64,000 nucleotides of DNA, from the NCBI RefSeq assembly GCF_036321535.1, contig NC_087436.1, positions 30,134,001 through 30,198,000 on the forward strand. The letters are read 5' to 3'. Both the position numbers and the translations under genes were made by a program. This stretch comes from Camelus dromedarius (lineage: Eukaryota). This document shows positions 52,860 to 64,000 of the stretch, in pieces (positions within the stretch are counted from its first letter, which is position 1; the number at the start of each line of letters is the position of its first letter). The notes beneath the pieces were generated by a model. The model was not told the origin of the DNA. It was given only the letters and a program-made list of their open reading frames with translations, and did not search any database.

Positions 52860-54489
52860 TATATGCAGCTATAAAATTGGAGGAAAATATTTTAAAATAT
52901 TAATTTAAAGGCATCCAGTGAATTTTTTGAGGAGAGAGTTGTGTTTATTTAACAAAATACCTTAATCTACTCTAGTTTTTTTTTTTTTAATTTTCGAAAG
53001 TGATTCTTAGAGCTGGATAGTTAAAGTTAGAAAAGCGATTAACAGAAATAAATTGCTATAAGTAATAAACTAAGATGAAAATTTATTTTTCTAAGAATAG
53101 ACATCCCTAAAAAGCTGACGATAAGGAGATTGAAGGGGTTAGAAAAAGACTGCATAGAGTAACACCCTGAGACCTGGAGGAAAACATGAGCAAATATTCC
53201 TGATGCGTGTATTGCTCTGATACGTGTTTGAAAAACAGCTGTTTTTGCATCATTTATTATATTCCACTTACAATATAAACCATGAACAATCACTCCAATG
53301 TGCGAACATAAACAACTCCCAAACCTTCACTCAAATTTCACTGAACACTGTATCTTCTATCAGTATTACTGGAGGAATGAAGGAACTGTATCACTTGCCC
53401 AGCATGTTACTACACCATGAAGAAAAGATACATTATGGAGATTAGGCAAGAAATATGAAATGGAGATTATTTAGATTTTCAGAAAATATAACCAGTGGTA
53501 GAAAAATTGGGGTGGACTTAAAATTTGAGAAAATTTTGCATCGTAACAACATGAATGATATGGACATTCCAATAATTTTTACTTTTATATAAGAAGATAG
53601 GTCATTCCCAGAAAGCTAGTGAAATTTGGGAAGGCTGTGTCACAGACATCTGATAATAATAGGGTTTTCCAGACTGTGGATATAAACCATTTGATATTTA
53701 TCTGAATTTATTAATGATTTTTCATGTTTCATATGGTGTAATTGTGAATATGCCTAGTACACAGATCTCTGTTCTCTGTTCCTCGTTTTGTTTGTTTGTA
53801 TTTTATAGTTATTGTTGTTTTGGTTTCTGTTATTTTTGCAGGAGGTTGAGCACTGGAGTAAAGCCTATAAGAGATGAAATAATACAGTAGTTTAACTTAA
53901 AATCTAGTTTTAGAATAATCAAATGGAACAAGACACACACACACACAAAAAAAACACAGAAGCTTTTTATTCTACTCAGTACCTAAGTGGAGGACTATTG
54001 AGTCTTCTGAATTATTGATTTAAGTAATTAGGATTTATTTAAGTAACAGGACTTTGGCACCCTGGAGTCACTTTTTATAGACATAGGTATGTAGAAACAT
54101 CATATTCAAAAACATTTTAAGTGTACTTAACAGTTCTTCCAACTGGCCCCATCATGACTCAAGGAAAACAAACAAACAAACAAATCATGTCAGAATTAAG
54201 CACCAGCTTTAAGAAAAAAATCTGACTATTTCTAAGATAAGTGGTTAAGTCCTCAAGGGTTCATTGTGTTAATAAACACCTCTTTCACTGAGATACGTAA
54301 TTTACCCAATGTTGCACTGCTGGTAAATGACAAAGTTAAAATTATAAATTAACAATCTGGCACCAGAGCTTTACATCTTTACCCATGACACTAAGCTTAT
54401 TAGTATGAGGTTTAAATGGATTTTACTGGGATTTTTTGTTGTTGTTTAATGGTAGGTAAAATGCCAATATAGATAACTGAGCCAATATT

Positions 54490-55560
54490 TTAATAGAGCA
54501 GCTTGGCTTTATCTATCAAAAAATTTAAAGTTTACTCCATTCAAACCAAAAATCCAATGAATGAATTTAGCCTATTGATAGAAGGCAAAGATACATATGT
54601 ACAGAGATGTCCACAGCATCATTGTTTATAATAGCAATAGAAAAGTTAGAGGAAATGTACATGATTATCATCATAATGGGGCTGGTGAATCTGTTACCCC
54701 AAAAGGGAAAGGGAAAAGACCCCAGTCCCTGTCTTGCCTAAAAGATAAGATCACAGACGGGAGATGGAGAGCGGTGTGTGGTGAAAGATCTTAAAGGATT
54801 TATTTTGAAAGGGGAAGTTCACATCCAGGAACAGGAGGTGGACTGATCCAAGGGGAAATAGCGGTGGTCTTTGTCTGCCCTTTCTCTTTTACCTTTGCTT
54901 AGAGGTGGTCTTTTGATTGATTGATGGCTCTTGCCCTTGGAATGTCCTGTTTCCTTTGCACATACCCTTACCCATGATATACACAGAAAAACCCATGGTA
55001 GGGGGTGGGGGGGGCGTGTTAAACCACAGTGCTAATTATATTACAGAGAGCATTTGATCTTGTGTGGTTAGGTCCTTCTCACTCCTGCGCAGTTGCGGCT
55101 GTTGGGTTCTAACCAGTCTCTTGCTGGCACTCATTTAGAGGAAGTAAAGTCCCTTTATGCTGGAGGCGGCATCGCACCGTCTTCCAGACCATCCTCCCTC
55201 TCCCCCACCTATCTGTCCGGTGCCCCCACTTATCTAACTACCTAACAAATCCATATGTGGAATATTATGGATTTTAATGAGTATCTATTTAAAAAGTAGA
55301 ACATGTTAAAAGCTCCCGAAGGTGCTGGATATCTTTAAATATAATGGTGATATATTATGTATTTTATATTTATTAATTTATTTGTGCTATGAAATGTATA
55401 AAGACATACGATACACAACAGTATTAACTATATTTGGGAGTAACAATATTAGGAATTGATGGTTGCTGGTTGAAAGATGTTTATTTTTACTTTATAGATA
55501 CTTTTTTTCCCCAAATGCTTACCATGACCATGTTTTTAATAATTACTTGTTTATATAAGA
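54490..55560 (+). mobile_element. L1ME-like 3' end hosting an LTR
   Basis: atatgtacagagatgtccacagcatcattgtttataatagca before the LTR; L1 3' UTR-like sequence resumes after 55251. Confidence 0.55.
54692..55247 (-). mobile_element. ERV1-like solo LTR with perfect 4-bp TSD
   Basis: TGTTA..TAACA inverted termini; aatc at 54688-54691 and 55248-55251; tttatt near 54.80 kb; retained CpGs. Confidence 0.9.
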
Positions 55561-55799
55561 TAACATTTTCTAATCTAAGCTTAAATTCATATTGGGAAAT
55601 GTTTAAACCAAGTATAAACTATATCCATAATGAACTGTGAAAATGTTATTTAAAGAAATCATTTTGATTTAGTATAGAAAATACTCTCCTCAGAAGAAAT
55701 TGAACCTGGCAGAAAATCCTTAGAAATGTTAGTGTAAGTTTTTGCTCCTGACCACCCACACCGTGAAAAGCTAAGATAATCTCTTCATAACAGCCGTGT

Positions 55800-57220
55800 C
55801 ATTTTTGCTCTGACATATAAAAAGCTTGGAAGTCATCACTCCACCCTTGCAAGAAGAAAATGCTGAAAAAAGTACAAATAGATAACTCTTCTTATAGATT
55901 CATCAGAGAATTGAGGTCAAAAGGCAAATCGCTGTCGAGAAAACTGGAGAGACAGGTGAATACTGCAGCTTACCAGGAGCAGAGGCCACTGGAGCCAGTA
56001 ACTGGCAGGAAATTGGTAATTGATGACTTGCTGGAGACTGCGTGTGGACTAATTTGAGAGTTAAAAACTACAGGAGGCCTAGTCTTAGGGGGAGTCCCTA
56101 CATTCCAGGAGACCTCCTTTTTTCCTGGTGAAAGTTGGTGGGAGAAAAAAAAAAAAAAACCCTCTTTCTTTGGGCAGGTGAATGAGATAAGTAACTTTTT
56201 AAATATGCCCAAGAGAAAAGTGATCCTTTTTAAATGTGCCAGCCTTGAAGGTTCTGTTCTCTGTAACAAAAGCCTGCCTCTGAAAATCTACTTTACTTTA
56301 CTGGAGCTTTATCTGACAGAAGAGGAGAGTAATTTTTTTAAAAAATTGGATCTCCCTCTAGCCTTGTTTTCACACATAAGGGGTCAAAAAAGGCTTAAAA
56401 ACTCTTTGAAGGCCACAGACAAGGGACTCAAGCCCATTAAAAAAAACTGAGGCTTAATCCTAAAATAATGGAACACATTCCCTCCTCAATACCTAATCTC
56501 ATCAATAATCCTGCACTATATTAACAGCGGGGAGAGGGCATAGCTCAGTGGTAGAATGCATGTTTAACATTCATGAGGTCCTGGGTCAACCTCCTGTACC
56601 TCTATTTAAAAAAAACAAATAAATAAACCTAATTACCTACCCCCCAAAATAATATTAAAAAAAAAAACTCATTAAAAAAAAATAATAATAGCAACAGTGG
56701 GTTACTACTGAGACAGTTTTAAGATACACACACTGTTTAAGAAGGAGTTTCTAGGGAAGCCCAAAGACCAGAGTAGACAAAAACAAGGACACCAGAAGAA
56801 GTTGAAGTCTCTGGTACCTATATCTACAGCAAACATTAAGCACAACTTAATCCCTAGAGAGACAAACATAAAATTTCACATTAAAGTCCTATTTACCTCC
56901 ATTCCTATTATATAATATGTAATCTTTATATTTCAATAAAAGGTTATCAAAGATGCTAAAAGGCGAGAAAAAACAGTCTGAAGAGAAAAAAAGCAAGCAC
57001 CAAAACCAGACACATTTAATTCAAAGATTTTGGAATCATCAAACCAGGAATTTAAAACAACTATAATTAACATTCTAAGGAATCTCAGGGGGAAAATAGA
57101 CAACATGGAAGAAAATATGCTTAATGTTAGGAGAGAGAAACTCTAAGGTAGAATCAAAAATAAATGCTAGGGAAAAAAAGAATTTAAGTGTAAATAAAGA
57201 ATGCCTTTGATGGCCTCAGG
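55800..57220 (+). mobile_element. Old L1 5' region (5' UTR to ORF1 start; L1MC/L1MD-type)
   Basis: aaaacagtctgaagagaaaaaaagcaagcaccaaaaccagac..caggaatttaaaacaactataattaacattctaagg..aatagacaacatg..aaagaatgcctttgatgg resembles the L1 ORF1 start region. Confidence 0.7.
56530..56688 (+). mobile_element. Camelid tRNA-derived SINE (Vic-1 type)
   Basis: ggggagagggcatagctcagtggtagaatgcatg (A box), gaggtcctgggtcaacctcc (degenerate B box), aataaataaacctaattacctaccccccaaaa and A tail; degenerate TSD tattaacagcgg / tagcaacagtgg. Confidence 0.88.
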
Positions 57221-57599
57221 ACTGAAGGCATCCTAAAAATCAAATGACATAATTCAAAAGACCTTGAATGTCCAAATTAATTGTAGGGTAGGTAGTTGAC
57301 TAGACACTTGAATCAACTTCATGGCAATTTTGAAAGTATAATTTATTTGCAATTGTTTGTTTACTGTTTTATGTCCCTCTGTAGCATGTAAGTGTATGAC
57401 TATTACTATTTTGTTTACCAAATAAATATTTATTCATTAATGAATAAATGAATTTTCTGTATGTTTTCACTAATAGCTGTCTTAAGACAGCATTGCCATC
57501 ACATATAGTACAGATCTATCGACAGACTGACTGTGTTCAACTAAACAAATACACAGAAAGACTAAAACTGAAGTTTGCCAGTTATGGACAACAGACGTC

Positions 57600-57708
57600 A
57601 CTTCACTTATCCTTCTAGACTCTAGAATTGTGAGAGAAGAGATGTCTGTTGTTTTAAGCCACCCAGTTTTTGGTAATTTGTTAGAGTTGCCCTAGGACAC
57701 TAATCCAG
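57600..57708 (+). mobile_element. MaLR (MLT1-type) LTR 3' end
   Basis: ctagaattgtgagaga..ctgttgttttaagccacccagtttttggtaatttgttag..cctaggacactaatc. Confidence 0.85.
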
Positions 57709-59053
57709 TATTTTATCAACTACTTGGAAAATTGTTATTAGTAACTGAGTGTTACAAATTTCATTCATTTACCAGCCTTTATTTATTATTTCAATCTTTG
57801 ACATAGGCCACAGCATTTACTTTGAGTATTTCTCAGCTTCTTGGAGTTTACCACCAGCTTAGTTGCATAAAATACCAAAAATATATATTCTAAACACAGT
57901 TTCAGTTTCTTTAAAGTATGGTAAGAACAGAGTATAAACAAAAGAAGACATATTAAAAATGTTTCTAGTTTTGTTTTTTTTTTCATTTTCCAAATCTTTG
58001 CATATTTCTTTCATTTAAAAAGACTTTATTGTTGGCATGATGATTTTTAATAAGATAAATATCTGTTTAACCAACTTGTCTTTTTAGTCTCTTAAAAAAA
58101 TTAGTTTTTAACCTAGTATTCAAAGAACCAGCAACTATTTTTACACATTTTTTTCAGAAATCAAATTATAATATAATTATAGCATTAGGTGTAAGTGGCT
58201 TAAACAATAAGATTTGAAACACATGCAACTGACTCTCAGTAAACACAGGAGTAAGCTGGGGGTGGCGGGTGCTGTGCTTGAGAGGAGCACATACAATATG
58301 GCCTTGACATCAGTCAGTCTGAGGTATGAGGAAGCACAGAGCTTTGATGTTCTTGGGATGAGGTTCTGCGGAGGTCAGAAGGGCGGCTCCAGTATCTTGT
58401 GCATATGTCTCTATGGCAATATCAGCGTCTCTTCACGTGTCTTTATTTCCAACCAAGTAGGAGAAAGAGGAGATTTCTACCCCATCTCTGAAAATATCCT
58501 GTCTAGCATAGTGCCTTAAATCTAGTAAACATTCATTTAATCTCTTAAATGAATAAATCAATAATCAATGAATGAATAAACAATGTGGTTTACTTAGAGA
58601 AACCTCCTAAAGACAGTAGTTGTTATTTGGAAACAGTTGTTGAGAGATTTTTTGATTAGACTAGCAGTTTTCCCCAGAGGATATAATAAAGGACACCAGT
58701 GTTCATCACCAAACTAGCTTTTGTTTCTCTGCACAAGTTATTTAGAATTAAAACTCTTATTACAGATGAGAATATATGTCATAAATCTCTGTCATAGACT
58801 TAGAAAAAGAGAATACATCTCATAGAAATTGGGAGTTTTTTGTATTTGGAAATTAATGAAAATGTAAGGAAAAAATTAGAAAAAATTTTCAGGAATCTCT
58901 CTTCAAAATTGATAAAGATGACTTCAGTAATATTAACAAAGCAATGATACAGTTTTCATTGCTCAGAATGAGTAAAACTGACTATAGAGCTCTAACCTTT
59001 TTGTTTGCACTGTGTGATTGATGCTCTTTCTGTATACGTCATAGTGATAGATA

Positions 59054-59693
59054 TGATGCAGGAAAAATGGATGTGGGGCGTGAGGAGGGCTGTGTCCCAG
59101 GCTTCGGTTGAGCCCCTGGGACGTACTCTGCCAAGTGTGGGTCCTTGGCTTAGTGCAGGAAAGAATTCAAGAACGAGCCACAGTTGAGTAAAGGGAGATT
59201 TATTCAGAGAGATACATTGAAAGGCAAGAGAAAGGCCACGAGGTGTGGGGGTTGGGTGCTCAGATTAAAAGTAGGTACACACTCCATAGACGGAGTGCGG
59301 GCCATCTCTGAAGTGGGGGGGGGGGGGGGGGGGCGGGGGCCGCGTGGCACCGAGTTGTCAGTTTTTATGGGCTCAGTGGCTTCAGATGCTAATAAGTGGA
59401 AGGACCGGTCTAACTAGTCTGGGGAAAGGGGCTGGGATTCCCAGGAAGTTGGCCATTTCCCACTCTTCAACCCTTTGTGGCTAGCCGTGGGACTGCCATG
59501 GCGCCTGTGGGCATGTTTATTCACCATGCTAATACATTACAATGAGCGAGTAATAAAGCTCAAGTTCTACTAGAAGTTAAATCTCCCACCATCTTGAGCC
59601 TCAAGGCCTACTGGGGGCTGAATCTTTCACCATTTTGATGTTAATTGCTGTAGCATTCCTTGAATGGCTGTGCCCTGCCCCCTTCCTGTCTCA
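59054..59693 (-). mobile_element. ERV1-like solo LTR, CpG-rich, with a poly-G tract
   Basis: gggtccttggc..aaagaattcaagaacgagcc..gatttattc; ends cctgtctca; left boundary approximate and no TSD found. Confidence 0.8.
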
Positions 59694-60474
59694 GCTTCAG
59701 GGCAGAATCCTTGTGTATTAAACAAATCACTGTCTCCCGTTTTCCTCCTCTGATGTGTGTTAACACACTGTATCTTTATGGCCAGGGTTTATTTCTGTAG
59801 GAGTGTTGGAAACCCTAGCAACCCCAAGTTTAGAGGCCCCTCAAGCCACCTGAATACAATTTAAATAGTCCATAAAGAAGTGTACGTTTCTTAAAGAGTT
59901 ACCTGGTCCATGTACAGTTTTATGGAGGAGATTTGAAAAGTTCAGCTTGCTTTCATCCCCTTGAAGCAGATCTACTGCAGTGTTTAAAGATGAGATTCTA
60001 CTCTCACAAATGAAATCCTTGTCTTTCTCGGGGAGATAGGTTGATGCACCAAAATTTTTCAGTAATCTCTCAAAAAGTTTGCTTAAAAGTGCTCTTCCTA
60101 GTGAGAGATTATTGATAATTTGTTGAAAGTTCACATGCTATATATCAAACTAAAATTTCAAGGTCTAATAGTGAAGTGACAGATTCATGCATTAATGTGT
60201 CAACAGTGATATCTTTTCCTTCACCCCACAGTCCTAACCTCAAATTCGTACACGCTTAAAAAAAAGAAAAGAAAAGAAAAGAAAACAAAACTGTACCATA
60301 AAGTATTCATGGTTTACATATTTTTCATTTTCCTTTTTGGAAATACGTGACATCGTTCAATGAAGTATTAAAGAAAATGCAATGAGAAAGCTTCACTGAG
60401 ATTTCCATTTTTAGCATGTTAATGGCTGTGATCTTAAACTGCCTAAGTAGCTCCCCGGGATTCCTGAAGGGTTA

Positions 60475-60492
60475 TGCTGCCATCTATTGACA
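60475..60492 (-). promoter_or_regulatory. CTCF-like motif
   Basis: Minus strand TGTCAATAGATGGCAGCA versus core consensus CCAS(Y)AGRKGGCRSY. Confidence 0.5.
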
Positions 60493-61693
60493 ATGCAGAT
60501 GTCTTTTAATGTCTGTAAGGCGTGAGAAAACACATTTTTTATTAGAAAATATCTTTTTGGAAAATCTGGTGCTTCTGAAAATACCTACTTTGTATGATAA
60601 ATATATGACATTCAAATGTATTTAGAGTATATTATTAACTTTTTCTTTTAGGATAAAAAGGGCTCTTTAAAGAATTATCTTGTACTAACAAACTTCCTGA
60701 ATGTTGTCAATATTTTAAAGCACTGCAAGTCTGTAATGTACAAGAATGAACGTATGAACTGAACCTGTGTTAATGCATTACAATATTGTTATCCTATTTT
60801 TACTGCATTCAGTAGAATGGGATTGACATGCATTTTTAGGAGTGAAACATTTAAAAAAGTTAAACAAGACTTCAGCAAATTGGCAAGTTTAAGGAAAGAA
60901 AAAGATGTGTGATAAACTAATATAGATTGGGGGAAAAAAGCATGTTTATCAATTTTCTTTTCATTATTTCATGACATACTACATTAAGTTGAAAAGCATC
61001 TGTGTTTCATGCCTTCTGAAGCAGAGTCTTTCGAAGGAGAGCAAGACAGAACTGTGGCTGGACAATTACGAATTTAAATTACCAACCATTTTGAATCTAG
61101 GATGTATTGTTGGGAAAAGCCCTTCTGAGAATTTTTCTCTCCTCTTTTCCTATTCAAATATTTAGTGTAACAGGATGCCAGATGAAGTAAAGCTAAACAA
61201 ATATACCATCTCCGTCTTCTGCCGTCGCTGGAGACAGCAGGTATTTGCTCATTCCAGAGGACAAATGTCTTCCCACTGACTGGGTGCAGTGCTTAATGGA
61301 ATGCTGTGGCTTGAAGATTTCCTCCATCTTAGACTCTGTAAGATGTATAGTGTGAGAGTGCACCAGTGTGGATAAGGATTCCTGAATATTTTTGAGGAAA
61401 TGACCAATAGTCTATTTGGAGTAAGTTTATTCTAACCAAGGTTTTGAATGTGGAAGTCACAAAAAGAGAGGGGAAGTGGTGAATTACTGTTAACACAAGG
61501 ACTTACACGCCGATGACGGAGGGCTGGTAGCCAGGCTCAAAGCCTTCTGTTCTGCTACTCTGACTCAGGGTCATATTCCACTGAGTTCTGTGTAAGAATG
61601 CAATGTGGATTGAATGAGCTCTGACCTTACATTCTAACAAAAACATCCTTATAGCAGCAAACAAGCATCTGGTAGACTGGGCAACACTGTCCA

Positions 61694-61711
61694 CAGCGCC
61701 ACCTACTGACA
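61694..61711 (-). promoter_or_regulatory. CTCF-like motif
   Basis: Minus strand TGTCAGTAGGTGGCGCTG, a close match to the CTCF core with the CpG retained. Confidence 0.65.
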
Positions 61712-64000
61712 GTGGCTAGAGAGCCAGCACTCAAGCACTCGAGGACTTGAGGACATTTCTATTCAGTCTTTTCATCCCAGCATTTAAAAGTGACACTACT
61801 GCCTCACCTCTCACAACATGAAGTGAGCAAACTGTTAGGATTATTTTTAAAATTTGGTTTCTGGAAACCTAAGGTGGGGGGGATATTGGACTTTCTAAAG
61901 GGTATGTTGGGGCTTAAGTGGAAGGCTGAGGGAGTGGGGAAGGATGAGCCTGTGTTTGTATTTCACACCCATAAAGCAACTCACTTTGTGTATGTTCTGT
62001 ACTGATGGAAAAATACAAAGAATTAAATAAGACTGATGCATGGTGTGTAAATATAAACCAGAGGCAAATGGGATCCATGATTTCCGTATAGCACTGGTGA
62101 TTATGTAAGGTAACTGGAAATTCCTTCTGCACTATTAACTCTTGTTACCATGCAGAGAGTGTCTGTAGCAGTTCTGTCTGCTCTAAGGACTGTTCTCTTA
62201 AAATATGAAATAAAATGTTTTTTTACTCTGTTCTTTGCATCCTTCCCCCACCCCCAGTTTTACATTAAAATAATCATAAGAAATAATTTAATCTCATCTA
62301 ACTAATTTTTTTTTTTTTTTTTACAATTTCCATCTATTTCACTCCAGGGTATTGGAATACAGCAATTTTCCCATTGCTAAACATCTGTGGTTTAAGCAAT
62401 GGTGAATGTACGTGTATCTGAAATACCCACCTACATGATGCCTACGTACACCAAATGTTTCAGTTCCTGTTTTCCTCTGTTTATACCATAAACGTGGGAA
62501 GATTAATTAGGGAATACCACAGGGACATAGGTGAGTCAGTTTCACAGTTTAGAGCCCTTAAACTTTTTGAGTCCTTCACTCAACTGCCTTTACAATCCAC
62601 TAAATGCATAAAGGGAATAAAACCCCAATAGTTAACTATTAGTTAAAACTATTTTATTGCTAATCAAAAGTGTCTCAGAGTATCTAAACTTTCAAAGAAG
62701 TTAAATGATATTCTCATGACTTCCTTGTAGTCAGTCTGTTTCAACCAGTATAACTCAACAGTCAGCACAGTGGGAGGGGAAGTAACTGCAGCTCCTCAAG
62801 GAGACATTGTCGGGTGCTATCAGAATAAAAATGAAGATCGATAGACAGTCTTCCTTCCCATTGCCTTTTCCATCTTACTCGAGGTGACAAGAACTTTTGC
62901 CAAGGTGATATCTCAGATAGGCCCCTTTGCTCACCTACAAACTTTATGGTAAAATAAATTTCTCCAGCTTAGAGAAATCACCCTTTTTTGCAAACTAATT
63001 TGTCTAGTTAAGAATTATACAAAACTGTAAAGTTCTTTCAAAGTTAAAAACTTTCCCCTCCCAGCTTGTCCCTGCCACAGGCTATTTAAGCACTGAGGGG
63101 AAGGAAACATTGGTGCCTTTTTATTCTGTTATTCTCATGTGTCTCTCCTTTCTTCCCCATTCACTAGACTGCCCCTGTCTTTTTCAGGGAAAAGCTGGAG
63201 CAGGAGGAATGGTAGGGGGCAAGAAATACCTAATTTGGCACTTAAATAATTCAGTGTTGTTTTCCTTTGGAAAATCCTAATGATTAAAGCTCATTTTCTC
63301 TCTTGGGTTGTCTTTGGGGATTTCTCAGAATTTCTTACAGGGTCCCAGCAAGTGGCTCTTTTGCTTTGAACAGTACTTCTTCTTGAGCTGGCTTCTTAAA
63401 ATTGTTCCTCAACTTCCACAGCTATGCTCCAGTTCCTTTGGGTGTGGGTCGCATCACCCACTGACACAATCCAGGGTGCACCTGTCCCTTTTAAAGCAGC
63501 CATAGGCCAACCAGTTCCTGCTAATTACATAACCTTGACCTTCTATCACAGGAAAAGCAGTAATTTGCAAATGCAGCCATCTTCCTTACCGCCACGGTCT
63601 CATCCCACCAGCAGCCCGTCTTCAGGTTTTTTTCAGTTAGACTCTGACACTAGTTCATAGTTTCCAATATATTCTAGAAAACATCTAACCATATCCTCTG
63701 AGTAGTGTCTTCACAAGAATTGAAATGAGGAGTGATTACTCACCAACCCTCAACCTTAGGTTGCAGAGTATCTCACCACACAACACCACTCTCCTCAAAT
63801 AAATCCTCCAGTTTCCACAATCTAAATTTTTTTATGCCATCAAATTGGTGACAGACTAAGGGTTGAAAACTGGTTTTAAATATATCCTTTATCATTCTTT
63901 ATGAGTCATCTAGTGCCTCACATTGGAATGTAGGACTACTAATTCACATATTTATGTTTTGTTTCTTGGCACCTGAACAGAAAACAAAAATGCCACCAAC

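Noticed and set aside
56531..56602. tRNA gene
   Set aside because: tRNA-like head of a SINE; degenerate B box, SINE body and tail present
59841..60134. 97-aa minus-strand ORF
   Set aside because: Non-ATG start, no recognisable homology, no convincing splice signals; length compatible with chance
61683..61703. REST/NRSE site
   Set aside because: Only the CTGTCC half matches; the overlapping CTCF reading fits better
1..64000. Prokaryotic-type systems (CRISPR arrays, operons, defence islands)
   Set aside because: Sequence is mammalian; no long ORFs and no regularly spaced repeat-spacer arrays

Overview
This is AT-rich, CpG-poor mammalian DNA, most likely camelid (alpaca/vicuna/camel). The evidence is a Vic-1-type tRNA-derived SINE at about 56.5 kb and cetartiodactyl-type L1 3' ends. 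I cannot support any intact protein-coding gene. The window reads as a large intron or gene desert dominated by layered retroelements: ancient L2, MIR and L1ME/L1MC; ERVL-class pol remnants and LTRs; MaLR LTRs; several ERV1-like solo LTRs, some with target-site duplications (TSDs); young 5'-truncated L1s; and long microsatellites. The only ORFs I can assign are L1 ORF2 (24.4-25.0 kb) and decayed ERVL pol (0-0.5 kb); the rest look like chance or low-complexity frames. The most notable non-routine items are a 24-nt tailless U6 snRNA retrocopy with a 16-22 bp TSD (48.4 kb), two co-oriented CTCF-like motifs with nearby exon-like segments (60.5-61.7 kb), a nested ERVL provirus remnant (12.8-15.7 kb) and a 308-nt pure-purine tract. 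I found no convincing undescribed biological system. Repeat family names come from recalled consensus similarity, not a database search, and boundaries of old repeats are approximate.
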